DNA of 61,348 nucleotides, counting the filler. It is 8 parts of 8 records of this genome, joined end to end, with 100 filler letters (N's around TTAATTAATTAA, not from the genome) between each part and the next. Parts side by side here need not be neighbours in the genome. Positions count along the whole stretch, not along the records: positions 1 to 5,887 come from SRR2962707_3940; positions 5,988 to 13,276 come from SRR2962707_3942; 6 more parts are not named here. One strand, 5' to 3'. The position numbers and the translations under genes are program-made. Positions 1 to 9,314 of the stretch are shown here, piece after piece; position 1 is the first letter of the stretch; each line of letters starts with the position of its first letter. The notes under the pieces were generated by a model that saw only the letters and a program-made list of their open reading frames with translations, was not told the origin of the DNA and did no database searches.

Positions 1-336
1 GCCATTGGTGACCGAGCGGTGGATATTGACCGTGGGGGCCAGCAGCATGTGGGCGCCCTTGGACTTGACCTCATCGGCCAGCGCCACGCCGACCTGTTTG
101 AGCAGATCGATATTCCAGGTCGCGCCCAGCGCGATGCCCACCGGGAAGCTGGCCGATTTGACGCCGCCGATCAGCGAGCCGCCGCCGCGCGCGCCATTGG
201 GGCCGTCGGTGACGCGCAATTTGCCGATGCCGAGACGATCAATGGCGGGCACCGACCAGAAATCTTCGCCCGAGAGGATGGCGACCTGTTCGTCCAGCGT
301 CATCTGGTCGGCTAGCTGTTCGATGCGGTCAGTCAT
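1..336 (-). CDS. Glycoside hydrolase family 3 beta-glucosidase, N-terminal part (runs off the window start)
   Basis: Not in the ORF track. Manual translation from ATG 336 gives MTDRIEQLADQMTLDEQVAILSGEDFW...RLGIGKLRVTDGPNGARG...FPVGIALGATWN...LLAPTVNIHRS, the typical GH3 N-terminus. Confidence 0.9.
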   Translation of the reverse strand, partial: MTDRIEQLADQMTLDEQVAILSGEDFWSVPAIDRLGIGKLRVTDGPNGARGGGSLIGGVKSASFPVGIALGATWNIDLLKQVGVALADEVKSKGAHMLLAPTVNIHRSVTNG

Positions 337-426
337 GGCAGGCCCCTATGTGTCTGTGGTGGCCTCCACAGATCGCACTGTCCGGGGTCGTGTCAATTCG
401 CCCGGACAGGCAGATCAGTCGAAAAG

Positions 427-849
427 TCAGCGGGGGCTGATTGGCGCCTTTTTGGTGCGGCCCCAGACGATAAAGAGCGAAAGGGCCAGCAGGACCAGAT
501 TCATGGGCAGTACGCTGAACTCTGCACGGCTAATATGGACGCCCATGGCGAGGACCTGAATGACCGAGAAACCAACAGCGGCCAGCGGCGTCAGACGCGG
601 CAGGATGCGGGTCAGCGCGGGCAGGATGAGGCCGATGGCGCCGAGCACTTCCACGGTACCGATAAAGCGGGTCAGCATTTCGGGGTAGTCCAGTGCGTAG
701 CTCATGCCCATGGCGCTGAGGGCTTCCATAGACTGGGTGAGCTTGTTGAAGCCGGCAAAGCCGTACATCAGGGCCAGAAGCGCCTGGGCGACCCAGAGGC
801 CGATATTCCATCCATTGCGGCCGGTGGCGCCGTTGGTCGTGTCCGTCAT
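427..849 (-). CDS. DoxX-family membrane protein
   Basis: 140 aa with 4 hydrophobic segments and the motif FIGTVEVLGAIGLILP; divergent from an HxlR regulator. Confidence 0.85.
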   Translation of the reverse strand: MTDTTNGATGRNGWNIGLWVAQALLALMYGFAGFNKLTQSMEALSAMGMSYALDYPEMLTRFIGTVEVLGAIGLILPALTRILPRLTPLAAVGFSVIQVLAMGVHISRAEFSVLPMNLVLLALSLFIVWGRTKKAPISPR

Positions 850-884
850 GTTGTATCCTTATGGCAGGTGCGACAACTGCGCCC

Positions 885-921
885 TAGGCACAGAAGAGAA
901 CCATGACTATATTTGTGCCTA
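885..921. promoter_or_regulatory. Inverted repeat TAGGCACA-N21-TGTGCCTA in the doxX/hxlR divergent region, candidate HxlR operator
   Basis: Perfect 8-bp arms at 885-892 and 914-921. Confidence 0.4.
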
Positions 922-944
922 AGGAGCGACAAGAAGGCACATTC

Positions 945-1382
945 ATGTCACTGCAAGATGACGAGTTCAAATCGCTGCAAGACACCTCCAAATCATCCAA
1001 CTGCACGGCCATGTCCGATGTGCTCAACCGGATTGGTGACAAGTGGAGCGTGATGGTTGTGGGCATTCTGGGTCATAACGGCACGCTGCGCTTTAACGAG
1101 CTCAAGCGCATGATCAATGGCGTCAGCCAGCGCATGCTCACCCTGACCCTGCGCAATCTGGAGCGCGATGGTCTGGTGACCCGCACCATCTATCCCGAGG
1201 TGCCGCCGCGCGTGGAATACAAGCTGACCGAACTGGGCAAGACGCTGCAGCAGCCGATCAACGCGCTGTGGAACTGGTCCTCGGAAAATCACGGTTCGAT
1301 CATGGATGCCCGGGCCATCTATGATGCGCGTGAGACAGCTGTGGCCGCCGAGCCGCGCAAGGTCGCCTACGTCCGCAGCTGA
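945..1382 (+). CDS. HxlR-family winged-helix transcriptional regulator
   Basis: Motifs IGDKWS, LRFNELKR, SQRMLTLTLRNLERDGLV and PPRVEYKLT. Start could be 903 or 945. Confidence 0.9.
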   Translation: MSLQDDEFKSLQDTSKSSNCTAMSDVLNRIGDKWSVMVVGILGHNGTLRFNELKRMINGVSQRMLTLTLRNLERDGLVTRTIYPEVPPRVEYKLTELGKTLQQPINALWNWSSENHGSIMDARAIYDARETAVAAEPRKVAYVRS

Positions 1383-1495
1383 TCGGGCGCGCCTGATCGC
1401 CACGGATTTGCCAATGCCGGACCAATGCGATCTGCTGGGTCGGTATTGGCAACGCGCCATCCTCGCCTCGGCGACCACACCAGTTGGAGACGGCG

Positions 1496-1810
1496 ATGAA
1501 GCTGTTCGATCACCGCCTGCGCACGGCCTCTGCGCAACACGCCGCCGCCGTGCGGCATTATGAGTTGGCCCGCACGCTGGTCGAGTTTCTGGCGGCTATC
1601 GCCTTCATCGTCGGCAGCGTGCTGTTTTTCTATTCCAGCCTGCTGTTCGCCGGCACCTGGCTGTTTCTGATCGGCTCGATCCTGTTTGCGGTGCGCCCCA
1701 GCATTCGCCTGATGCTCGAACTGCATCTGATGCGCCTGCCCGTCCCGACAGAATTTCAGCCTCTGGGCATGACGCAGCAGAGCGCATCAGACAGCGCATC
1801 TGCCCGATAA
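1496..1810 (+). CDS. YrhK-family small membrane protein
   Basis: GGAGA ribosome-binding site; two TM helices FLAAIAFIVGSVLFF / GTWLFLIGSILFAVRP. Confidence 0.75.
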   Translation: MKLFDHRLRTASAQHAAAVRHYELARTLVEFLAAIAFIVGSVLFFYSSLLFAGTWLFLIGSILFAVRPSIRLMLELHLMRLPVPTEFQPLGMTQQSASDSASAR

Positions 1811-2589
1811 TGATCACGCGCCAGGCGCTGGCTGAACAACTGGCCGGGTTCGGCCTTATGTCTGGTGATGCTGTGCTGGTGCATGCGGGGCTGCGATCCA
1901 TTGGCCCCATTCTGGGCGGACCGGATAGCTTGTTCGGTGCGCTGACTGACGTCGTGGGACCGTCCGGCACAATTTTGGGCTATTGCGACTGGCAGTTCGA
2001 TGATGGCGTGATCGATCGGGCCGAATTGCGCGCCCATATTGCGCCCTTTGATCCGGCCGCCTCCCGGTCGATCCGCGACAATGGCGCCTTTCCTGAACTG
2101 CTGCGCACCAGGCCGGGGGCCCTTCGGAGTGCCAGCCCAGGCGCCTCATGCGCGGCGCTGGGTGGCCGTGCCACCTGGTTCGTGGCCGATCACGCGCTCG
2201 ACTATGGCTATGGGCCGCAATCGCCATTCGGCAAACTGGTTGCCGCCGGTGGCAAGACATTGCTGCTGGGGGCGCCGCTCGACACCATGACCTTGCTGCA
2301 CCATGCCGAGCATCTGGCCGACATTCCCGGCAAGCGGATACGTCGCTATCAGACGCCGATCCTGGTCGATGGGCAAATAGTCTGGCGCTGGTTTGAGGAG
2401 TTCGATACCGGCATTCCGATTATCGACGGGCTGGCCGATGACTATTTCGCGGATGTCGTGGAGGATTTCCTCGCCACCGGACAGGGCCGGCGCGGGCTTA
2501 TCGGGTATGCGCCATCGGTACTGGTGGAGGCTGCCCCAATGGTGGAGTTTGCCGTCAGCTGGCTTGAACGGCGCTTCGGGCGTTCCTGA
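1810..2589 (+). CDS. aac(3): Aminoglycoside 3-N-acetyltransferase (Antibiotic_NAT family, AAC(3)-like)
   Basis: Motifs VLVHAGL, PFDP, DYGYGPQSP, LLLGAPLDTMTLLHHAEH and EEFDT; start overlaps the upstream stop (TAATG). Confidence 0.88.
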   Translation: MITRQALAEQLAGFGLMSGDAVLVHAGLRSIGPILGGPDSLFGALTDVVGPSGTILGYCDWQFDDGVIDRAELRAHIAPFDPAASRSIRDNGAFPELLRTRPGALRSASPGASCAALGGRATWFVADHALDYGYGPQSPFGKLVAAGGKTLLLGAPLDTMTLLHHAEHLADIPGKRIRRYQTPILVDGQIVWRWFEEFDTGIPIIDGLADDYFADVVEDFLATGQGRRGLIGYAPSVLVEAAPMVEFAVSWLERRFGRS

Positions 2590-2695
2590 GGCCGGGATTG
2601 GGCAATGGCTGGTTTTTGACCATATCAGGGCCGCATTGTCAGGCGATCCCCGGGCTGGATCATGCTAGGGGTCTGGGACAACGGAGAGTGTTGCT

Positions 2696-3379
2696 GTGGC
2701 AGACGATTGGGCCGTCAAAGGCGTTTCACGAGATGACGAGCGGCTCGTGCCGGGCGACAGTGGCGCTAAACCGGCCCCGGAACCTGTGGTCGCACACCGG
2801 TCAACGGGTCTGCCCTTGAGCAATCTTGTCAGTATGGCGGTGGGCGTGATCGGTCTGGCGGCGCTGGGCGCCTCGGCCTGGGTCTATGCCGAAACCCAGC
2901 GCGACATCAGACGTGTCTCCACCGATATCGCGCAGATCCGGGTGAGCCTGGAGCTGTTCGGGCGCCAGCAGGGCGCGGGCAGCAGTGTGGCCAGCGATGA
3001 TGGCGTCTTGCTTGATCTATCCAACCGGCTGGCGGTGCTTGAAGCCGAGCAGCGCATGGGCGGGGCGGCCACAGCCCTTTCGAGCTTGCCGGGCCTGCCC
3101 AGCGCTACCGCCGAGACCCCGACCATTGCAACGGGCGGCGACTGTCTGCCCGTGGGCATGCGGTTCATGGTGTCGGCAGGGGATGTCTATCCGGTATGCG
3201 GCACCAGCGGCACGGTGGGCATTGCCGCGGTCGATGATGGCTATATCACGCTGTCGGATGGCACCATTATTGCGCGTGGCGGCACGGTGGGCCTGCCCAA
3301 TACCCAATGCATGCTGGGCGTTGTGCCCAGCGATGGTGGTGGGGTGAGCGACTACGCAGAAATCCGCGTCGTCTGCTGA
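2696..3379 (+). CDS. Hypothetical membrane-anchored protein (TM, coiled coil, Cys-containing C-terminal domain)
   Basis: GGAGA RBS before GTG; one TM helix; four Cys in the last ~80 aa. Confidence 0.6.
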   Translation: MADDWAVKGVSRDDERLVPGDSGAKPAPEPVVAHRSTGLPLSNLVSMAVGVIGLAALGASAWVYAETQRDIRRVSTDIAQIRVSLELFGRQQGAGSSVASDDGVLLDLSNRLAVLEAEQRMGGAATALSSLPGLPSATAETPTIATGGDCLPVGMRFMVSAGDVYPVCGTSGTVGIAAVDDGYITLSDGTIIARGGTVGLPNTQCMLGVVPSDGGGVSDYAEIRVVC

Positions 3380-3389
3380 TCGATAAAAC

Positions 3390-4427
3390 CTAGCGGGCGA
3401 GCCGGGGACGGGGCACGGGTGCGGTCTTGCCGCTCATGACCGGAGTTACCTCTTCGCCGCCAAACAGGCCGCCCAGACCACCAAACAGATTGGTGACGGC
3501 GCCATTGACTGCGCCGTTGACGGCCTCGCTGCGCTCCTTGAGCGCGGCTTCCTCGGCGATGCGCCGTTCGGTTGCCGCCAGTTCGTCGGCCACAGCTTTT
3601 TCGTCGGCCAGCAATTTGGCTTGCAGCGCAGCGCTGCGGGTCACGGCAGGGCAGGGGCCGGCGGCATTGAGCGCACCGCCACCACTGGCGTTGAAGATAT
3701 ACTGGCGTTCGCACACATCCCAGGCCGGCGGCTGCTTGTTGAGCTCGAACAGGTCGTAGCCTTCCTTGATGTCCTTCCAGAAATTGAGGTGCTGGCTCTT
3801 GGCCTGCTTTGCCAGGTTGGTCGAGGTCATCTTGAAGGGGAAGATCTGCAGCTGGAAGCTGGAATTGCCGCCCTTGAAGCTCTCGCGGGCCAGCGCATAG
3901 ATTTCGGCAATGCCGTGATCGGTCATGGCGTAGCAGCCGCGCGAAGAGCAGTCGCCATGCACCATCAGATCCGAGCCCGTGCGGCCATGGACGCGGTCGA
4001 ACTTGTTGGGAAAGCCGGTATTGAAGGCCAGATAATAGTTGGACTTGGGATTCATCAGGCCCGGCGTGATCGTATAGAACCCCTCAGGGCTCTGCCGGTC
4101 GCCTTCCTTGATCTTGGGGCCCAGATCGCCCGAGAAGGCGCAAATCTCATAGGTGCGGAACAGCTTGAACTGGCCGGCGCTGGTGCGCTTCCAGACTTCG
4201 AGCGACTGCTCCTGCTTGAAGATGCGGATCATCATGGCTTCGCCGGGTGACGAGCCCATGGATTTGAGCGCCGAGACGACGCTCGACTGCAGCGGCTGGT
4301 TGTGCCGGTTGCTCGATGATTTGGGCAGGAAGCCACCACAGGCAGCCAGGCCGAAGACGACCCAGAGCAGAATGATCGCAGAGCAGATTTTACGAAGAAC
4401 GGTGGCGGTCACGATGGCGCGGCCCAA
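3390..4427 (-). CDS. L,D-transpeptidase (YkuD/YafK-type) lipoprotein
   Basis: Lipobox LAAC; GPKIKEGDRQSPEGFY; catalytic HGDCSSRGC. Start uncertain (GTG 4412 possible). Confidence 0.88.
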   Translation of the reverse strand: MGRAIVTATVLRKICSAIILLWVVFGLAACGGFLPKSSSNRHNQPLQSSVVSALKSMGSSPGEAMMIRIFKQEQSLEVWKRTSAGQFKLFRTYEICAFSGDLGPKIKEGDRQSPEGFYTITPGLMNPKSNYYLAFNTGFPNKFDRVHGRTGSDLMVHGDCSSRGCYAMTDHGIAEIYALARESFKGGNSSFQLQIFPFKMTSTNLAKQAKSQHLNFWKDIKEGYDLFELNKQPPAWDVCERQYIFNASGGGALNAAGPCPAVTRSAALQAKLLADEKAVADELAATERRIAEEAALKERSEAVNGAVNGAVTNLFGGLGGLFGGEEVTPVMSGKTAPVPRPRLAR

Positions 4428-4596
4428 TTGCGAGAACAGTCGCTGACCTTTAGGGGCCAGTGGTTACCCAAGCATGAGAATTGCTGGTGAATGAAGTCTT
4501 ACCATGGGCCAAAATCCCCAGCTAGTCGGGGCTGATCACACAGATGTGTGGGCAGGGCCCTCGCCCGCATGGGCAAAGGCCAGCTTGCAGACAGGC

Positions 4597-5550
4597 TTAA
4601 AGCGCGGTGCCTATGGCCATGAATTTCTCGCGGCGGTGCTCGCGCACTTCGAGCCGGCTCTTGCCCGAAAAGTCGGCCAGGAACTTGGCAAGCGCTTCGC
4701 GGGTCGAGGCCATGACCGCCTCGGGATGACGATGGGCGCCGCCGGTGGGCTCGGGAATGATGCCGTCGATTACGCCAAAGCCGAGCAGGTCGGCCGAGGT
4801 GATCTTCATATTGGTGGCCGCATCCTGGGCCCGGGCCGCGTCACGCCACAGAATGGTGGCGCCGCCTTCGGGCGAGATGACCGAATAGATGGCGTGTTCG
4901 AGCATCAGCACGCGGCTGGCCGTGGCAATGGCAATCGCGCCGCCAGAGCCGCCTTCGCCGATGACGATGGCGATATTGGGCACGCCCAGTTCGAGCGATT
5001 TTTCGGTGGAGCGGGCAATGGCTTCGGCCTGACCGCGCTCTTCAGCGCCGATGCCGGGATAGGCGCCAGCGGTGTCGACGAACGAGATCACCGGAATATT
5101 GAACCGGTCGGCCATTTCCATGATGCGGACGGCCTTGCGATAGCCTTCAGGCCGGGCCATGCCGAAATTGTGCTTGAGGCGGCTCTCGGTGGAGTTGCCT
5201 TTTTCCTGACCCAGAACGGCGACAGGCTGACCATTGAAGCGGCCAAAGCCGGCCTGAATGGCGGAGTCTTCGGCAAACTTGCGATCGCCAGCCATGGGCT
5301 GCCATTCGGTGATCAGCGTCTTGATATAATCGGAGAAGTGCGGCCGCTGCGGATGACGCGCGACCTGGGTCTTCTGCCAGGGCGTGAGTTTTTTGTAGAT
5401 TTCCACCAGCGCCTCGTCGGCGCGGCTCGACAGGCGGTTGACCTCCTCGTCGATGCTGACGGCCTGATCGGTCGCTGCAAGAGACTTGAGCTCGGCGATC
5501 TTGCCTTCAAGATCGGCTACCGGCTTTTCGAAATCGAGATAAGACTGCAT
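4597..5550 (-). CDS. accA: Acetyl-CoA carboxylase carboxyltransferase alpha subunit
   Basis: YLDFEKP start; ARHPQRP, DTAGAYPGIGAEERGQ, GEGGSGGA. Confidence 0.97.
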   Translation of the reverse strand: MQSYLDFEKPVADLEGKIAELKSLAATDQAVSIDEEVNRLSSRADEALVEIYKKLTPWQKTQVARHPQRPHFSDYIKTLITEWQPMAGDRKFAEDSAIQAGFGRFNGQPVAVLGQEKGNSTESRLKHNFGMARPEGYRKAVRIMEMADRFNIPVISFVDTAGAYPGIGAEERGQAEAIARSTEKSLELGVPNIAIVIGEGGSGGAIAIATASRVLMLEHAIYSVISPEGGATILWRDAARAQDAATNMKITSADLLGFGVIDGIIPEPTGGAHRHPEAVMASTREALAKFLADFSGKSRLEVREHRREKFMAIGTAL

Positions 5551-5724
5551 TCCACCTGCCCGTTAGGGGTCACATTTCTGGACCCATGCATCAGGGCCGC
5601 TGCTGTCGCGCCCTAAAGTGGCCGGAAAGTGACGATGGCGCAATGGCAAGTCAAGCGGAGTCACAGCGATAGGCGCTTTGTGGGGCTCGATGCTAACAGT
5701 CTGTTACCCGATTACCCCCAGATG

Positions 5725-5887
5725 TCATGACTGGTTGAGGGGGTGGTGGGTCTCCACCAGGGTGCGCAGCTTCTCGTCCAGAACATGGGTATAAATCTGG
5801 GTGGTCGAGATATCGGCATGGCCGAGCAGCATCTGTACCACGCGCAGATCGGCGCCGCCGGCCAGCAAATGGCTGGCAAAGGCATGG
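5725..5887 (-). CDS. xerD: Tyrosine recombinase XerD, C-terminal fragment
   Basis: Manual translation [35 protein letters not shown]; xerD-accA adjacency is usual in alphaproteobacteria. Confidence 0.9.
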
Positions 5888-5987
5888 NNNNNNNNNNNNN
5901 NNNNNNNNNNNNNNNNNNNNNNNNNNNNNNNTTAATTAATTAANNNNNNNNNNNNNNNNNNNNNNNNNNNNNNNNNNNNNNNNNNNN
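5888..5987. other. Artificial contig spacer (44 N + TTAATTAATTAA + 44 N); identical spacers at 13277-13376, 21729-21828, 28062-28161, 36788-36887, 48321-48420, 55981-56080
   Basis: Same 100-nt structure with stops in all six frames; genes are truncated at several junctions and composition changes across them. Confidence 0.98.
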
Positions 5988-6179
5988 AATATCCTGAAGC
6001 GTGTTGTTGAAGGCGTGACCGACGTGCAGCGATCCGTTGACGTTGGGGGGCGGGATCATCACGCAATAGGTGTCATCGCGGCTGGCATTTGCACCGGCTT
6101 TGAAGGCGCCTGCGGCCTCCCATGCTTTGTACAAACGGTCTTCAGCTTGGGCGGCGTCAAAATTCTTGTCGAGTGCCAT
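5988..6179 (-). CDS. valS: Valine--tRNA ligase, N-terminal fragment
   Basis: [22 protein letters not shown] (HIGH-type motif). Confidence 0.92.
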
Positions 6180-6363
6180 GATCAGCGTCCTTCTTTAAAC
6201 TTGATGATGATCTAGCGGAGCAAGGCGCAAAGGGGAAGGCTGGCGGGTGGAAAACTTGGGGGCGCGCAGGACGCGGGGTTTTACCCTTGGGCGTCTGGAC
6301 ATCGTGTTTTTCGCGGCTACTGTCTGCGCCAACAGTTGAAGATTTTCCAAAGGATGCGTGTAG

Positions 6364-8661
6364 ATGGATAAGTTCGGGAAAAGCCAGTCGGTCAAACGGG
6401 TTGAAGACGTGCGGTTTTTGACGGGCGAAGGGCGTTATGTTGATGATATCGCACCTGAAAATTCGCTGCATGCCTATTTCTTTCGCTCGCCTGTCGGGCA
6501 TGGGGTGATCACGTCACTTGATGTGTCTGATGCGCGCGAGGCCGAAGGGGTGCATGCAGTGCTGACCGTCGAAGATCTGGAAGCCGCGGGAATGGATATT
6601 TCCATGGCCGGTGCGATTTTGAAAAACCGCGATGGAACGGATGGTGCAAAGCCGTTGCGACCGTTGTTGGCCAAAGGGCGCGTGCGCTATGTTGGCGAAC
6701 CTGTGGCGGTTGTAATCGCCGAAACGCTGGATCAGGCCCGTGATGCGGCTGAACTGATCATGCTGGACGTCGAAGACCTGCCCACCCACATGACGCTGGA
6801 ACGTGGCGGAGAGGCGCTGCACCCCGAGGCCCCAGACAATCTGGCGTTTGACTGGGGGATGGGCGACGAAGCAGCCACGCAAAAGGCGTTTGATGCGGCC
6901 GCCAAGACCATCAGCCTTGATGTGGGCGACAACCGGATCATCGTCAATTCCATGGAGCCGCGCGGCTGTTATGCCGAGTGGGCGAACGACAAGCTGCATG
7001 TGGCCAACAATGCTCAAGGCGTCTGGGTGCATAAGGGCCACCTGAAACGTGCATTTGGTCTGGATGACGACCACGTGCAGGTCACCAACCCGGATACCGG
7101 CGGCGGCTTCGGCATGAAGGCGGCGGCCTACCCCGAGTATTTCTCGGTGGCGCAGGCATCGCGGGCCTTGGGGCGTCCGGTGCGCTGGATGTCCGACCGG
7201 ACCGAAGCCATGCTTAGCGATAATGGCGGGCGCGATCTGACGTCGCTGGCTGAATTTGCCTTTGACGAGAATAACAAGATCACCGCCTACCGGGTTAGCA
7301 CCAAATGCAACCTTGGCGCCTATAACAGCCAGTTCGGCCAGCCCATTCAGGCGACCCTGTTCAGCAAGGTTTTGATGGGTGTTTATGACGTGCAGACCAC
7401 ATGGTTGCAGGTCGAGGGGTACTATACCAACACGGTGCAGGTTGACGCCTATCGCGGTGCCGGCCGGCCCGAAGCGATCTATGTTCTGGAACGTCTGATG
7501 GACCGTGCCGCGCGCGAGCTGGGCGTAGACCCGTGGGAATTGCGCCGCATCAACTTTATCAAGCCCGAACAGTTCCCCTACACCTCTGCCACGGGCGAGC
7601 TGTATGACGTCGGTGAATTCGACCGCTTGCTGACCCGCGCTGCGATTGAAGCAGACCACGACGGCTTTGCCGCGCGCAAGGCTGCGGATGCGGCCAAGGG
7701 GCTGCTGCGGGGGCAGGGGCTTTGTTACTATATCGAGAGTATCCTGGGCGATCCGTCCGAGGGGGCCAAGGTCGAGTTCAACGAAGACGGCACCGTGTTT
7801 ATCTATGTCGGCACGCAGTCGAACGGGCAGGGCCACGAGACTGTTTATGCGCAGTTTCTGGCGGACATGACGGGCATTCCGGCTGATCTGATCTATGTCA
7901 TCCAAGGCGATAGCGACCTGATCAAGCAAGGCGGCGGGACAGGCGGGTCACGGTCTGTGACAACGCAAAGCACGGCGACATTGGCCACGGTGGCAAAGAT
8001 GACCGAAGCCTTCACCGCGTTTCTGGCCGATGAAATGGGGGTGCCTGCCTCCGAGATCAGCTTTGACGATGAACGGTTCCGCGCCGAGGGGTCGAACATG
8101 ACCCCCACGATGCTGGAGGTCGCCGAAATGGCCCGTGAAAAAGGCCGCAGCGATCTGTTGGTCCATCACGAGCGCGCAACCTTGCCGGGGCGCAGCTATC
8201 CCAATGGCGCGCATGTGTCAGAGGTGGTGATTGACCCCGAAACCGGCGTTGTCGTGGTCGAACGCTATACCGTGGTGGATGATTTCGGTAACTTGATCAA
8301 CCCGATGCTGGCAGCAGGCCAAGTACATGGCGGCGTTGTGCAAGGCATCGGGCAGGCCATTCAAGAGCATGTTGTCTATGACGAGGATGGCCAGTTGTTA
8401 ACGGCGTCCTTTATGGATTACGCGGTCCCGCGTGCGGCGGATGTGCCTTACATTGCGTTCAACTCTGAACCTGTGCCGTCAACCGCGAACCTGATGGGGA
8501 TGAAGGGCTGTGGCGAGGCAGGGACAGTTGGAGCCTTGGCCGCGATTTCCAACGCGGTGCAGGACGCGTTGTGGGATCAGGGGGTGCGTCAGGCGGATAT
8601 GCCGTTCACGCCCCATAAGGTTTGGGCCTTATTGAATGATCAGGCCATCGCTGCCGAATAG
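6364..8661 (+). CDS. Xanthine dehydrogenase-family molybdopterin-binding large subunit (CoxL form II-like)
   Basis: RVEDVRFLTGEGRYVDD, GGGFGMK, AYRGAGRPEA, GQGHET, GQVHGG, KGCGEAG. Confidence 0.92.
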   Translation: MDKFGKSQSVKRVEDVRFLTGEGRYVDDIAPENSLHAYFFRSPVGHGVITSLDVSDAREAEGVHAVLTVEDLEAAGMDISMAGAILKNRDGTDGAKPLRPLLAKGRVRYVGEPVAVVIAETLDQARDAAELIMLDVEDLPTHMTLERGGEALHPEAPDNLAFDWGMGDEAATQKAFDAAAKTISLDVGDNRIIVNSMEPRGCYAEWANDKLHVANNAQGVWVHKGHLKRAFGLDDDHVQVTNPDTGGGFGMKAAAYPEYFSVAQASRALGRPVRWMSDRTEAMLSDNGGRDLTSLAEFAFDENNKITAYRVSTKCNLGAYNSQFGQPIQATLFSKVLMGVYDVQTTWLQVEGYYTNTVQVDAYRGAGRPEAIYVLERLMDRAARELGVDPWELRRINFIKPEQFPYTSATGELYDVGEFDRLLTRAAIEADHDGFAARKAADAAKGLLRGQGLCYYIESILGDPSEGAKVEFNEDGTVFIYVGTQSNGQGHETVYAQFLADMTGIPADLIYVIQGDSDLIKQGGGTGGSRSVTTQSTATLATVAKMTEAFTAFLADEMGVPASEISFDDERFRAEGSNMTPTMLEVAEMAREKGRSDLLVHHERATLPGRSYPNGAHVSEVVIDPETGVVVVERYTVVDDFGNLINPMLAAGQVHGGVVQGIGQAIQEHVVYDEDGQLLTASFMDYAVPRAADVPYIAFNSEPVPSTANLMGMKGCGEAGTVGALAAISNAVQDALWDQGVRQADMPFTPHKVWALLNDQAIAAE

Positions 8662-8685
8662 CTGGCGGGTTTTTGTGATGTAGGC

Positions 8686-8750
8686 GGGGAGGGGGCGCTG
8701 CCCCCGGCCCTGACGGGCCACCCCCGGGATATTTTAGAGCCAGAGAAGCG
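8686..8750. repeat. Short palindromic interspersed repeat of Rhodobacteraceae type between convergent genes
   Basis: GGGGGCGCTGCCCCC hairpin, GGCCC-TGAC-GGGCC hairpin, then CCCCCGGGATATTTT-AGAGCCAGAGAAG; a loosely related tail occurs at the contig end (13243-13276). Confidence 0.5.
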
Positions 8751-8755
8751 GCGGG

Positions 8756-9241
8756 TTACTTCACGATTTGCATGACGATGCAGGTGGTGGAGCCAGTGGC
8801 GTAAAGGCGGCCGTCTTCGATGCCGCGTATTTCGCCATGGGAAACGCCGGTGGAGCGACCGACATGGTCAACCGTGCCGATACATTCGATTTCGGTGCCC
8901 AAGGGAATGGCGCGTAGAATGTTGATTTTATATTCCAGCGTTGTGTAGATCGAGCCGCGCGGGATTTTGGTTTGCACAGCACAGGCCATCGCTGAATCAA
9001 GCAATGTGCCATACCAGCCGCCATGCACCGTGCCCAAGGGGTTTGTCACGTTGAATTCAGGGGCACCGCGGAACACGGCGCGGCCTTCCGCGACCTCGTG
9101 AAGGGTATAGCCCATGGTTTGGCCAATGGGTGGACCGGGGTTGGTGCCATCCAGAATTTTTTGCATGAATTCAAGGCCTGACAGCTTGAGCGCTTCTTCT
9201 CGGGCGAGCAGGTCTTGGGGGCCTTTGGCGACACGTGGCAT
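8756..9241 (-). CDS. PaaI-family thioesterase (hotdog fold)
   Basis: NPLGTVHGGWYGTLLDSAMACA. Confidence 0.9.
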   Translation of the reverse strand: MPRVAKGPQDLLAREEALKLSGLEFMQKILDGTNPGPPIGQTMGYTLHEVAEGRAVFRGAPEFNVTNPLGTVHGGWYGTLLDSAMACAVQTKIPRGSIYTTLEYKINILRAIPLGTEIECIGTVDHVGRSTGVSHGEIRGIEDGRLYATGSTTCIVMQIVK

Positions 9242-9314
9242 AAAAAATCTCCGGCAATTGCGTGCCGGAGAAGCTTGTTGAATTTGCGGGCCTAGGGCAA
9301 GCCCGTGTTCGGTC

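Noticed and set aside
4504-5616. 370-aa plus-strand ORF (and similar long antisense ORFs at 6514-7929, 29341-30795, 35348-36676, 43394-44455, 54497-55507)
   Set aside because: Shadows of well-supported genes on the opposite strand; expected in GC-rich coding DNA and lacking recognisable motifs.
5725-5887. Tyrosine recombinase as a phage or island integrase
   Set aside because: Sequence and position beside accA fit housekeeping XerD.
5932-5943. Recurrent TTAATTAATTAA as a biological repeat or CRISPR-like unit
   Set aside because: It is always centred in N-runs of fixed length: an artificial all-frame stop linker.
6030-6055. ValS PPPNVNG instead of the usual PPPNVTG
   Set aside because: A single residue near a contig end; cannot distinguish a variant from a sequencing error.
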